Below are positions 10,101 through 21,964 of a DNA stretch of 24,493 nucleotides, in pieces. The notes under the pieces are model-generated. The model worked only from the letters and a program-made list of their open reading frames with translations. It did no database searches and was not told where the DNA came from. Each line of letters starts with the position of its first letter. The first letter of the stretch is position 1. The DNA is taken from the NCBI GenBank assembly GCA_002269645.1, contig NIVC01003624.1, positions 1 through 24,493 of the forward strand, written 5' to 3'. Source of the stretch: Macrostomum lignano. Its lineage: Eukaryota. A program made the translations under genes and the position numbers.

Positions 10101-13100
10101 TTAGAGATGCTGAGAGTAGCGGGCTCTGCGTCATCTTTGCACCTGTGTATATCAGCCCCATTGAGTGTCATTTCTAAGCTCTCCATTTAATTCTATATAT
10201 TGACAGCGACAGGGCTAGTTAGAGATGCTGAGAGTAGCGGGCTCTGCGTCATCTTTGCACCTGTGTATATCAGCCCCATTGAGTGTCATTTCTAAGCTCT
10301 CCATTTAATTCTATATATTGACAGCGACAGGGCTAGTTAGAGATGCTGAGAGTAGCGGGCTCTGCGTCATCTTTGCACCTGTGTATATCAGCCCCATTGA
10401 GTGTCATTTCTAAGCTCTCCATTTAATTCTATATATTGACAGCGACAGGGCTAGTTAGAGATGCTGAGAGTAGCGGGCTCTGCGTCATCTTTGCACCTGT
10501 GTATATCAGCCCCATTGAGTGTCATTTCTAAGCTCTCCATTTAATTCTATATATTGACAGCGACAGGGCTAGTTAGAGATGCTGAGAGTAGCGGGCTCTG
10601 CGTCATCTTTGCACCTGTGTATATCAGCCCCATTGAGTGTCATTTCTAAGCTCTCCATTTAATTCTATATATTGACAGCGACAGGGCTAGTTAGAGATGC
10701 TGAGAGTAGCGGGCTCTGCGTCATCTTTGCACCTGTGTATATCAGCCCCATTGAGTGTCATTTCTAAGCTCTCCATTTAATTCTATATATTGACAGCGAC
10801 AGGGCTAGTTAGAGATGCTGAGAGTAGCGGGCTCTGCGTCATCTTTGCACCTGTGTATATCAGCCCCATTGAGTGTCATTTCTAAGCTCTCCATTTAATT
10901 CTATATATTGACAGCGACAGGGCTAGTTAGAGATGCTGAGAGTAGCGGGCTCTGCGTCATCTTTGCACCTGTGTATATCAGCCCCATTGAGTGTCATTTC
11001 TAAGCTCTCCATTTAATTCTATATATTGACAGCGACAGGGCTAGTTAGAGATGCTGAGAGTAGCGGGCTCTGCGTCATCTTTGCACCTGTGTATATCAGC
11101 CCCATTGAGTGTCATTTCTAAGCTCTCCATTTAATTCTATATATTGACAGCGACAGGGCTAGTTAGAGATGCTGAGAGTAGCGGGCTCTGCGTCATCTTT
11201 GCACCTGTGTATATCAGCCCCATTGAGTGTCATTTCTAAGCTCTCCATTTAATTCTATATATTGACAGCGACAGGGCTAGTTAGAGATGCTGAGAGTAGC
11301 GGGCTCTGCGTCATCTTTGCACCTGTGTATATCAGCCCCATTGAGTGTCATTTCTAAGCTCTCCATTTAATTCTATATATTGACAGCGACAGGGCTAGTT
11401 AGAGATGCTGAGAGTAGCGGGCTCTGCGTCATCTTTGCACCTGTGTATATCAGCCCCATTGAGTGTCATTTCTAAGCTCTCCATTTAATTCTATATATTG
11501 ACAGCGACAGGGCTAGTTAGAGATGCTGAGAGTAGCGGGCTCTGCGTCATCTTTGCACCTGTGTATATCAGCCCCATTGAGTGTCATTTCTAAGCTCTCC
11601 ATTTAATTCTATATATTGACAGCGACAGGGCTAGTTAGAGATGCTGAGAGTAGCGGGCTCTGCGTCATCTTTGCACCTGTGTATATCAGCCCCATTGAGT
11701 GTCATTTCTAAGCTCTCCATTTAATTCTATATATTGACAGCGACAGGGCTAGTTAGAGATGCTGAGAGTAGCGGGCTCTGCGTCATCTTTGCACCTGTGT
11801 ATATCAGCCCCATTGAGTGTCATTTCTAAGCTCTCCATTTAATTCTATATATTGACAGCGACAGGGCTAGTTAGAGATGCTGAGAGTAGCGGGCTCTGCG
11901 TCATCTTTGCACCTGTGTATATCAGCCCCATTGAGTGTCATTTCTAAGCTCTCCATTTAATTCTATATATTGACAGCGACAGGGCTAGTTAGAGATGCTG
12001 AGAGTAGCGGGCTCTGCGTCATCTTTGCACCTGTGTATATCAGCCCCATTGAGTGTCATTTCTAAGCTCTCCATTTAATTCTATATATTGACAGCGACAG
12101 GGCTAGTTAGAGATGCTGAGAGTAGCGGGCTCTGCGTCATCTTTGCACCTGTGTATATCAGCCCCATTGAGTGTCATTTCTAAGCTCTCCATTTAATTCT
12201 ATATATTGACAGCGACAGGGCTAGTTAGAGATGCTGAGAGTAGCGGGCTCTGCGTCATCTTTGCACCTGTGTATATCAGCCCCATTGAGTGTCATTTCTA
12301 AGCTCTCCATTTAATTCTATATATTGACAGCGACAGGGCTAGTTAGAGATGCTGAGAGTAGCGGGCTCTGCGTCATCTTTGCACCTGTGTATATCAGCCC
12401 CATTGAGTGTCATTTCTAAGCTCTCCATTTAATTCTATATATTGACAGCGACAGGGCTAGTTAGAGATGCTGAGAGTAGCGGGCTCTGCGTCATCTTTGC
12501 ACCTGTGTATATCAGCCCCATTGAGTGTCATTTCTAAGCTCTCCATTTAATTCTATATATTGACAGCGACAGGGCTAGTTAGAGATGCTGAGAGTAGCGG
12601 GCTCTGCGTCATCTTTGCACCTGTGTATATCAGCCCCATTGAGTGTCATTTCTAAGCTCTCCATTTAATTCTATATATTGACAGCGACAGGGCTAGTTAG
12701 AGATGCTGAGAGTAGCGGGCTCTGCGTCATCTTTGCACCTGTGTATATCAGCCCCATTGAGTGTCATTTCTAAGCTCTCCATTTAATTCTATATATTGAC
12801 AGCGACAGGGCTAGTTAGAGATGCTGAGAGTAGCGGGCTCTGCGTCATCTTTGCACCTGTGTATATCAGCCCCATTGAGTGTCATTTCTAAGCTCTCCAT
12901 TTAATTCTATATATTGACAGCGACAGGGCTAGTTAGAGATGCTGAGAGTAGCGGGCTCTGCGTCATCTTTGCACCTGTGTATATCAGCCCCATTGAGTGT
13001 CATTTCTAAGCTCTCCATTTAATTCTATATATTGACAGCGACAGGGCTAGTTAGAGATGCTGAGAGTAGCGGGCTCTGCGTCATCTTTGCACCTGTGTAT

Positions 13101-16100
13101 ATCAGCCCCATTGAGTGTCATTTCTAAGCTCTCCATTTAATTCTATATATTGACAGCGACAGGGCTAGTTAGAGATGCTGAGAGTAGCGGGCTCTGCGTC
13201 ATCTTTGCACCTGTGTATATCAGCCCCATTGAGTGTCATTTCTAAGCTCTCCATTTAATTCTATATATTGACAGCGACAGGGCTAGTTAGAGATGCTGAG
13301 AGTAGCGGGCTCTGCGTCATCTTTGCACCTGTGTATATCAGCCCCATTGAGTGTCATTTCTAAGCTCTCCATTTAATTCTATATATTGACAGCGACAGGG
13401 CTAGTTAGAGATGCTGAGAGTAGCGGGCTCTGCGTCATCTTTGCACCTGTGTATATCAGCCCCATTGAGTGTCATTTCTAAGCTCTCCATTTAATTCTAT
13501 ATATTGACAGCGACAGGGCTAGTTAGAGATGCTGAGAGTAGCGGGCTCTGCGTCATCTTTGCACCTGTGTATATCAGCCCCATTGAGTGTCATTTCTAAG
13601 CTCTCCATTTAATTCTATATATTGACAGCGACAGGGCTAGTTAGAGATGCTGAGAGTAGCGGGCTCTGCGTCATCTTTGCACCTGTGTATATCAGCCCCA
13701 TTGAGTGTCATTTCTAAGCTCTCCATTTAATTCTATATATTGACAGCGACAGGGCTAGTTAGAGATGCTGAGAGTAGCGGGCTCTGCGTCATCTTTGCAC
13801 CTGTGTATATCAGCCCCATTGAGTGTCATTTCTAAGCTCTCCATTTAATTCTATATATTGACAGCGACAGGGCTAGTTAGAGATGCTGAGAGTAGCGGGC
13901 TCTGCGTCATCTTTGCACCTGTGTATATCAGCCCCATTGAGTGTCATTTCTAAGCTCTCCATTTAATTCTATATATTGACAGCGACAGGGCTAGTTAGAG
14001 ATGCTGAGAGTAGCGGGCTCTGCGTCATCTTTGCACCTGTGTATATCAGCCCCATTGAGTGTCATTTCTAAGCTCTCCATTTAATTCTATATATTGACAG
14101 CGACAGGGCTAGTTAGAGATGCTGAGAGTAGCGGGCTCTGCGTCATCTTTGCACCTGTGTATATCAGCCCCATTGAGTGTCATTTCTAAGCTCTCCATTT
14201 AATTCTATATATTGACAGCGACAGGGCTAGTTAGAGATGCTGAGAGTAGCGGGCTCTGCGTCATCTTTGCACCTGTGTATATCAGCCCCATTGAGTGTCA
14301 TTTCTAAGCTCTCCATTTAATTCTATATATTGACAGCGACAGGGCTAGTTAGAGATGCTGAGAGTAGCGGGCTCTGCGTCATCTTTGCACCTGTGTATAT
14401 CAGCCCCATTGAGTGTCATTTCTAAGCTCTCCATTTAATTCTATATATTGACAGCGACAGGGCTAGTTAGAGATGCTGAGAGTAGCGGGCTCTGCGTCAT
14501 CTTTGCACCTGTGTATATCAGCCCCATTGAGTGTCATTTCTAAGCTCTCCATTTAATTCTATATATTGACAGCGACAGGGCTAGTTAGAGATGCTGAGAG
14601 TAGCGGGCTCTGCGTCATCTTTGCACCTGTGTATATCAGCCCCATTGAGTGTCATTTCTAAGCTCTCCATTTAATTCTATATATTGACAGCGACAGGGCT
14701 AGTTAGAGATGCTGAGAGTAGCGGGCTCTGCGTCATCTTTGCACCTGTGTATATCAGCCCCATTGAGTGTCATTTCTAAGCTCTCCATTTAATTCTATAT
14801 ATTGACAGCGACAGGGCTAGTTAGAGATGCTGAGAGTAGCGGGCTCTGCGTCATCTTTGCACCTGTGTATATCAGCCCCATTGAGTGTCATTTCTAAGCT
14901 CTCCATTTAATTCTATATATTGACAGCGACAGGGCTAGTTAGAGATGCTGAGAGTAGCGGGCTCTGCGTCATCTTTGCACCTGTGTATATCAGCCCCATT
15001 GAGTGTCATTTCTAAGCTCTCCATTTAATTCTATATATTGACAGCGACAGGGCTAGTTAGAGATGCTGAGAGTAGCGGGCTCTGCGTCATCTTTGCACCT
15101 GTGTATATCAGCCCCATTGAGTGTCATTTCTAAGCTCTCCATTTAATTCTATATATTGACAGCGACAGGGCTAGTTAGAGATGCTGAGAGTAGCGGGCTC
15201 TGCGTCATCTTTGCACCTGTGTATATCAGCCCCATTGAGTGTCATTTCTAAGCTCTCCATTTAATTCTATATATTGACAGCGACAGGGCTAGTTAGAGAT
15301 GCTGAGAGTAGCGGGCTCTGCGTCATCTTTGCACCTGTGTATATCAGCCCCATTGAGTGTCATTTCTAAGCTCTCCATTTAATTCTATATATTGACAGCG
15401 ACAGGGCTAGTTAGAGATGCTGAGAGTAGCGGGCTCTGCGTCATCTTTGCACCTGTGTATATCAGCCCCATTGAGTGTCATTTCTAAGCTCTCCATTTAA
15501 TTCTATATATTGACAGCGACAGGGCTAGTTAGAGATGCTGAGAGTAGCGGGCTCTGCGTCATCTTTGCACCTGTGTATATCAGCCCCATTGAGTGTCATT
15601 TCTAAGCTCTCCATTTAATTCTATATATTGACAGCGACAGGGCTAGTTAGAGATGCTGAGAGTAGCGGGCTCTGCGTCATCTTTGCACCTGTGTATATCA
15701 GCCCCATTGAGTGTCATTTCTAAGCTCTCCATTTAATTCTATATATTGACAGCGACAGGGCTAGTTAGAGATGCTGAGAGTAGCGGGCTCTGCGTCATCT
15801 TTGCACCTGTGTATATCAGCCCCATTGAGTGTCATTTCTAAGCTCTCCATTTAATTCTATATATTGACAGCGACAGGGCTAGTTAGAGATGCTGAGAGTA
15901 GCGGGCTCTGCGTCATCTTTGCACCTGTGTATATCAGCCCCATTGAGTGTCATTTCTAAGCTCTCCATTTAATTCTATATATTGACAGCGACAGGGCTAG
16001 TTAGAGATGCTGAGAGTAGCGGGCTCTGCGTCATCTTTGCACCTGTGTATATCAGCCCCATTGAGTGTCATTTCTAAGCTCTCCATTTAATTCTATATAT

Positions 16101-19100
16101 TGACAGCGACAGGGCTAGTTAGAGATGCTGAGAGTAGCGGGCTCTGCGTCATCTTTGCACCTGTGTATATCAGCCCCATTGAGTGTCATTTCTAAGCTCT
16201 CCATTTAATTCTATATATTGACAGCGACAGGGCTAGTTAGAGATGCTGAGAGTAGCGGGCTCTGCGTCATCTTTGCACCTGTGTATATCAGCCCCATTGA
16301 GTGTCATTTCTAAGCTCTCCATTTAATTCTATATATTGACAGCGACAGGGCTAGTTAGAGATGCTGAGAGTAGCGGGCTCTGCGTCATCTTTGCACCTGT
16401 GTATATCAGCCCCATTGAGTGTCATTTCTAAGCTCTCCATTTAATTCTATATATTGACAGCGACAGGGCTAGTTAGAGATGCTGAGAGTAGCGGGCTCTG
16501 CGTCATCTTTGCACCTGTGTATATCAGCCCCATTGAGTGTCATTTCTAAGCTCTCCATTTAATTCTATATATTGACAGCGACAGGGCTAGTTAGAGATGC
16601 TGAGAGTAGCGGGCTCTGCGTCATCTTTGCACCTGTGTATATCAGCCCCATTGAGTGTCATTTCTAAGCTCTCCATTTAATTCTATATATTGACAGCGAC
16701 AGGGCTAGTTAGAGATGCTGAGAGTAGCGGGCTCTGCGTCATCTTTGCACCTGTGTATATCAGCCCCATTGAGTGTCATTTCTAAGCTCTCCATTTAATT
16801 CTATATATTGACAGCGACAGGGCTAGTTAGAGATGCTGAGAGTAGCGGGCTCTGCGTCATCTTTGCACCTGTGTATATCAGCCCCATTGAGTGTCATTTC
16901 TAAGCTCTCCATTTAATTCTATATATTGACAGCGACAGGGCTAGTTAGAGATGCTGAGAGTAGCGGGCTCTGCGTCATCTTTGCACCTGTGTATATCAGC
17001 CCCATTGAGTGTCATTTCTAAGCTCTCCATTTAATTCTATATATTGACAGCGACAGGGCTAGTTAGAGATGCTGAGAGTAGCGGGCTCTGCGTCATCTTT
17101 GCACCTGTGTATATCAGCCCCATTGAGTGTCATTTCTAAGCTCTCCATTTAATTCTATATATTGACAGCGACAGGGCTAGTTAGAGATGCTGAGAGTAGC
17201 GGGCTCTGCGTCATCTTTGCACCTGTGTATATCAGCCCCATTGAGTGTCATTTCTAAGCTCTCCATTTAATTCTATATATTGACAGCGACAGGGCTAGTT
17301 AGAGATGCTGAGAGTAGCGGGCTCTGCGTCATCTTTGCACCTGTGTATATCAGCCCCATTGAGTGTCATTTCTAAGCTCTCCATTTAATTCTATATATTG
17401 ACAGCGACAGGGCTAGTTAGAGATGCTGAGAGTAGCGGGCTCTGCGTCATCTTTGCACCTGTGTATATCAGCCCCATTGAGTGTCATTTCTAAGCTCTCC
17501 ATTTAATTCTATATATTGACAGCGACAGGGCTAGTTAGAGATGCTGAGAGTAGCGGGCTCTGCGTCATCTTTGCACCTGTGTATATCAGCCCCATTGAGT
17601 GTCATTTCTAAGCTCTCCATTTAATTCTATATATTGACAGCGACAGGGCTAGTTAGAGATGCTGAGAGTAGCGGGCTCTGCGTCATCTTTGCACCTGTGT
17701 ATATCAGCCCCATTGAGTGTCATTTCTAAGCTCTCCATTTAATTCTATATATTGACAGCGACAGGGCTAGTTAGAGATGCTGAGAGTAGCGGGCTCTGCG
17801 TCATCTTTGCACCTGTGTATATCAGCCCCATTGAGTGTCATTTCTAAGCTCTCCATTTAATTCTATATATTGACAGCGACAGGGCTAGTTAGAGATGCTG
17901 AGAGTAGCGGGCTCTGCGTCATCTTTGCACCTGTGTATATCAGCCCCATTGAGTGTCATTTCTAAGCTCTCCATTTAATTCTATATATTGACAGCGACAG
18001 GGCTAGTTAGAGATGCTGAGAGTAGCGGGCTCTGCGTCATCTTTGCACCTGTGTATATCAGCCCCATTGAGTGTCATTTCTAAGCTCTCCATTTAATTCT
18101 ATATATTGACAGCGACAGGGCTAGTTAGAGATGCTGAGAGTAGCGGGCTCTGCGTCATCTTTGCACCTGTGTATATCAGCCCCATTGAGTGTCATTTCTA
18201 AGCTCTCCATTTAATTCTATATATTGACAGCGACAGGGCTAGTTAGAGATGCTGAGAGTAGCGGGCTCTGCGTCATCTTTGCACCTGTGTATATCAGCCC
18301 CATTGAGTGTCATTTCTAAGCTCTCCATTTAATTCTATATATTGACAGCGACAGGGCTAGTTAGAGATGCTGAGAGTAGCGGGCTCTGCGTCATCTTTGC
18401 ACCTGTGTATATCAGCCCCATTGAGTGTCATTTCTAAGCTCTCCATTTAATTCTATATATTGACAGCGACAGGGCTAGTTAGAGATGCTGAGAGTAGCGG
18501 GCTCTGCGTCATCTTTGCACCTGTGTATATCAGCCCCATTGAGTGTCATTTCTAAGCTCTCCATTTAATTCTATATATTGACAGCGACAGGGCTAGTTAG
18601 AGATGCTGAGAGTAGCGGGCTCTGCGTCATCTTTGCACCTGTGTATATCAGCCCCATTGAGTGTCATTTCTAAGCTCTCCATTTAATTCTATATATTGAC
18701 AGCGACAGGGCTAGTTAGAGATGCTGAGAGTAGCGGGCTCTGCGTCATCTTTGCACCTGTGTATATCAGCCCCATTGAGTGTCATTTCTAAGCTCTCCAT
18801 TTAATTCTATATATTGACAGCGACAGGGCTAGTTAGAGATGCTGAGAGTAGCGGGCTCTGCGTCATCTTTGCACCTGTGTATATCAGCCCCATTGAGTGT
18901 CATTTCTAAGCTCTCCATTTAATTCTATATATTGACAGCGACAGGGCTAGTTAGAGATGCTGAGAGTAGCGGGCTCTGCGTCATCTTTGCACCTGTGTAT
19001 ATCAGCCCCATTGAGTGTCATTTCTAAGCTCTCCATTTAATTCTATATATTGACAGCGACAGGGCTAGTTAGAGATGCTGAGAGTAGCGGGCTCTGCGTC

Positions 19101-19412
19101 ATCTTTGCACCTGTGTATATCAGCCCCATTGAGTGTCATTTCTAAGCTCTCCATTTAATTCTATATATTGACAGCGACAGGGCTAGTTAGAGATGCTGAG
19201 AGTAGCGGGCTCTGCGTCATCTTTGCACCTGTGTATATCAGCCCCATTGAGTGTCATTTCTAAGCTCTCCATTTAATTCTATATATTGACAGCGACAGGG
19301 CTAGTTAGAGATGCTGAGAGTAGCGGGCTCTGCGTCATCTTTGCACCTGTGTATATCAGCCCCATTGAGTGTCATTTCTAAGCTCTCCATTTAATTCTAT
19401 ATATTGACAGCG
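4159..19412. repeat. 118-bp tandem satellite array, ~129 copies; unit ATCAGCCCCATTGAGTGTCATTTCTAAGCTCTCCATTTAATTCTATATATTGACAGCGACAGGGCTAGTTAGAGATGCTGAGAGTAGCGGGCTCTGCGTCATCTTTGCACCTGTGTAT
   Basis: The unit counts to 118 nt. Lines 3540 nt (30 units) apart are identical (8041, 11581, 15121, 18661), so there are no net indels there. The first unit (4159-4200) is diverged. The array ends abruptly at ...TATTGACAGCG 19412. No variable spacers. Confidence 0.98.
5401..5560. other. Garbled, deletion-riddled block of satellite units (probable low-quality read/consensus segment)
   Basis: Unit fragments survive in order (GACA..GCTAG..AGAGAT, ATTTAATTATATATTGACA, ATCTTTGCACCTG-ATATCAGCCCC) but are compressed. 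Flanking units are near perfect. Confidence 0.7.
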
Positions 19413-20065
19413 CCGCTATAGTTTAAATCCATGTTTGAATTTACTGCGCTCGTACATTTTAACTTATACTTGATATTGACAGGTTAGCTCAGAAATATTT
19501 CGCCAGCTTCTTTAGTAATGGCTTTTTATCAAAATACAATTGGGCTTTGCTTTTACTTTTGGTTTGGTCACCTGCTGTGAGCGTTCCACTTTTTATCTAT
19601 ATATTGTTTTGTATTATGCACAGCGGTTTGTTTGGAGGTGTGTTTCGCGCTTTTCTCGATCTTTCCACTGTAGCTGGATTTTGAGTAAAGATAAGAATCG
19701 CAGTTCTCACGATTGCTTAAAAGCAAATACGTGCTCTGGGTATGCTCAAGATTGCGCAATGCTCGGTGACAGTGATGGGTGGTTCATGGTGGAAGACACC
19801 TATCTAAGCAAATTTGTTGCACCAAACTTATGATTGCGCCATTATCGTAAAGAATAGTGTCAAGCAGTTCCAAATATGTAAAATTGTAAACTTTAATTTA
19901 GACACCAAAGTGGAGTTAAGATTGCAACCTATGAATTTTATCTACTCTTTGATTTGTTGATGACTGACTTCATCCTAATTTTTGAGCATATACGTCTTTT
20001 TCTTGCATATTTAATCTATTTCTCGAATTTCTATTTTGCATCATTCATTTAATTCCTATCCAATT

Positions 20066-20114
20066 CATTGTGTGTCATTTATTTGTTATCCACTGCCCAC
20101 TGTATATTGACAGC
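20066..20114 (+). repeat. Diverged solitary relic of the 118-bp satellite unit
   Basis: CATTGTGTGTCATTTATTTGTTATCCACTGCCCACTGTATATTGACAGC aligns without gaps to the unit CATTGAGTGTCATTTCTAAGCTCTCCATTTAATTCTATATATTGACAGC at 36/49 identities (hand count). Confidence 0.75.
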
Positions 20115-20211
20115 AGCGGATCTCACAGAGCTACTCAATGAATTGAAAATGCAGAAATAACTGAGTATTCGAAACCCAAACTGGATTAGGGTCGATCAGT
20201 GAGTCTGGCTG

Positions 20212-20261
20212 TGAGGCTGTGAATGAGGCAGTGAATGAGGCTGTGAATGAGGCTGTGAATG
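20212..20261. repeat. 12-bp tandem repeat TGAGGCTGTGAA, ~4 copies
   Basis: Direct reading; one copy has GCAGT for GCTGT. Confidence 0.9.
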
Positions 20262-20579
20262 TGAGTGGGGCATATTGTACCTAATGTATGTTTCATGCTG
20301 GTTAATGCGCATGTTTCATTTTGAATCAAAGTAATTTGGTGTCAAAATGAGTCACTACTGAAATGAAGCAGTCCACCCCTTCGAGTCTAAAAGCATAGTG
20401 GATTTGACACGTACTATGAACGTGAAATATTTTGACCACCCATTCCGAACCAATGAAAATTAGAGTGAACTTGTTGATGTCAAACTGCCGCTTCATATAA
20501 AATGGGACTTCAGTTGGCCTTTCAAAAAGCCAGATTTCTATTTGTCAATTAATTTCATTTTTTCAATAAATTAACCCAA

Positions 20580-20702
20580 ATGTCCAAACAATTGGAGTTC
20601 ATAAAACAGCTGATAAGCCGCAAAGGCAAATGCTATGACGTCGCTAAGCGGCAAAAGTCGTTTGAGAAAGAGCTCGCCGCGTCTGATCGATTCCAGTTAA
20701 TG
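20580..20702 (+). CDS. Putative first coding exon of an unknown gene (MSKQLEFIKQLISRKGKCYDVAKRQKSFEKELAASDRFQLM)
   Basis: ATG at 20580 with an in-frame TAA shortly upstream, 41 open codons, ending at a perfect donor ATG/GTAAGT (20703-20708), phase 0. More GC-rich than its flanks. Confidence 0.5.
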
Positions 20703-20729
20703 GTAAGTGAAGGTGAAGAGCAATATTTT

Positions 20730-21949
20730 TACCAATAACTGCCCTGTCTCTACCATTCTACCCTGTCTCTACCATTCTACCCTGTCTCTACCATTCTGCC
20801 CTGTCTCTACCATTCTACCCTGTCTCTACCATTCTGCCTGTCTCTACCATTCTGCCCTTTCTCTACCATTCTGCCCTGTCTCTACCATTCTACCCTTTCT
20901 CTACCATTCTGCCCTGTCTCTACCATTCTGCCCTGTGTCTACCATTCTACCCTTTCTCTACCATTCTGCCCTGTCTCTACCATTCTACCCTGTCTCTACC
21001 ATTCTGCCCTGTCTCTACCATTCTACCCTGTCTCTACCATTCTGCCCTGTCTCTACCATTCTACCCTGTCTCTACCATTCTGCCCTGTCTCTACCATTCT
21101 GCCTTTCTCTACCATTCTGCCCTGTCTCTACCATTCTGCCCTGTCTCTACCATTCTGCCCTGTCTCTACCATTCTGCCCTGTCTCTACCATTCTGCCCTG
21201 TCTCTACCATACTGCCCTGTCTCTACCATTCTGCCCTTTCTCTACCATTCTGCCCTGTCTCTACCATTCTGCCCTGTCTCTACCATTCTGCCCTGTCTCT
21301 ACCATTCTGCCCTGTCTCTACCATTCTGCCCTGTCTCTACCATTCTGCCCTGTCTCTACCATACTGCCCTGTCTCTACCATTCTGCCCTTTCTCTACCAT
21401 TCTGCCCTGTCTCTACCATTCTGCCCTGTCTCTACCATTCTGCCCTGTCTCTACCATTCTGCCCTGTCTCTACCATTCTGCCCTGTCTCTACCATTCTGC
21501 CCTGTCTCTACCATACTGCCCTGTTTCTACCATACTGCCCTGTCTCTACCATTCTGCCCTGTCTCTACCATTCTGCCCTTTCTCTACCATTCTGCCCTGT
21601 CTCTACCATTCTACCCTGTCTCTACCATTCTGCCCTGTCTCTACCATTCTGCCCTGTCTCTACCATTCTGCCCTTTCTCTACCAATAACTGCCCTGTCTC
21701 TACCATTCTGCCCTGTCTCTACCAATAACTGCCCTGTCTCTACCATTCTGCCCTATCTCTACCATTCTGCCCTGTCTCTACCATTCTGCCCTGTCTCTAC
21801 CATTCTGCCCTGTCTCTACCATTCTGCCCTTTCTCTACCAATAACTGCCCTGTCTCTACCATTCTGCCCTGTCTCTACCAATAACTGCCCTGTCTCTACC
21901 AATAACTGCCCTGTCTCTACCATTCTGCCCTGTCTCTACCAATAACTGC
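20730..21949. repeat. 19-bp minisatellite ACCATTCTGCCCTGTCTCT (~64 units) with a 21-bp variant ACCAATAACTGCCCTGTCTCT at both ends; intronic
   Basis: Direct reading. It lies between the donor at 20703 and the acceptor TTTCTCTACTCAG ending at 21964. ORF 20707-21945 is a by-product. Confidence 0.96.
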
Positions 21950-21964
21950 AATTTCTCTACTCAG

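Noticed and set aside
4159-19412. CRISPR-like array or spacer-acquisition system
   Set aside because: Units are identical along their whole length, with no repeat/variable-spacer alternation, no leader and no cas-like ORFs; the context is eukaryotic.
4159-19412. 5S rRNA gene array (118 bp is close to 5S length; GGGCTAGTTAG resembles part of the 5S internal control region)
   Set aside because: Only a short chance match. There is no box C (TGGATGGGAG-like), no 5S helix I ends, no oligo-T terminator and no spacer between units.
4159-19412. Hammerhead ribozyme / retrozyme satellite, or tRNA-derived SINE array
   Set aside because: Neither strand has an intact CTGANGA core (only CTGAGAG and CTGATAT), and there is no Pol III box B (GTTCRA) in the unit.
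4159-19412. Tandem protein-coding repeat
   Set aside because: 118 is not divisible by 3, and the + strand frames stop within a unit (longest + frame 34 codons, no ATG). The ORF track lists no ORF in the array on either strand.
19401-19425. Helitron 3' end or CTCF-like site at the array boundary (AGCGCCGCT mini-palindrome, CTATAG)
   Set aside because: The 4-bp stem is too short, there is no matching 5' TC terminus or Rep/Hel remnant, and the motif match is weak.
20707-21945. 412-aa Cys/His-rich repeat protein
   Set aside because: It is an artefact of a 19-bp unit that lacks stop codons in all + frames. It starts at a GTG inside a splice donor and lies in a putative intron.
20730-21949. Common ancestry of the 19-bp unit (reverse complement contains GACAGGGC…TAGAGA) and the 118-bp unit (GACAGGGCTAGTTAGAGA)
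   Set aside because: Only 8+6 nt match, with gaps and in opposite orientation; not distinguishable from chance in GA-rich repeats.
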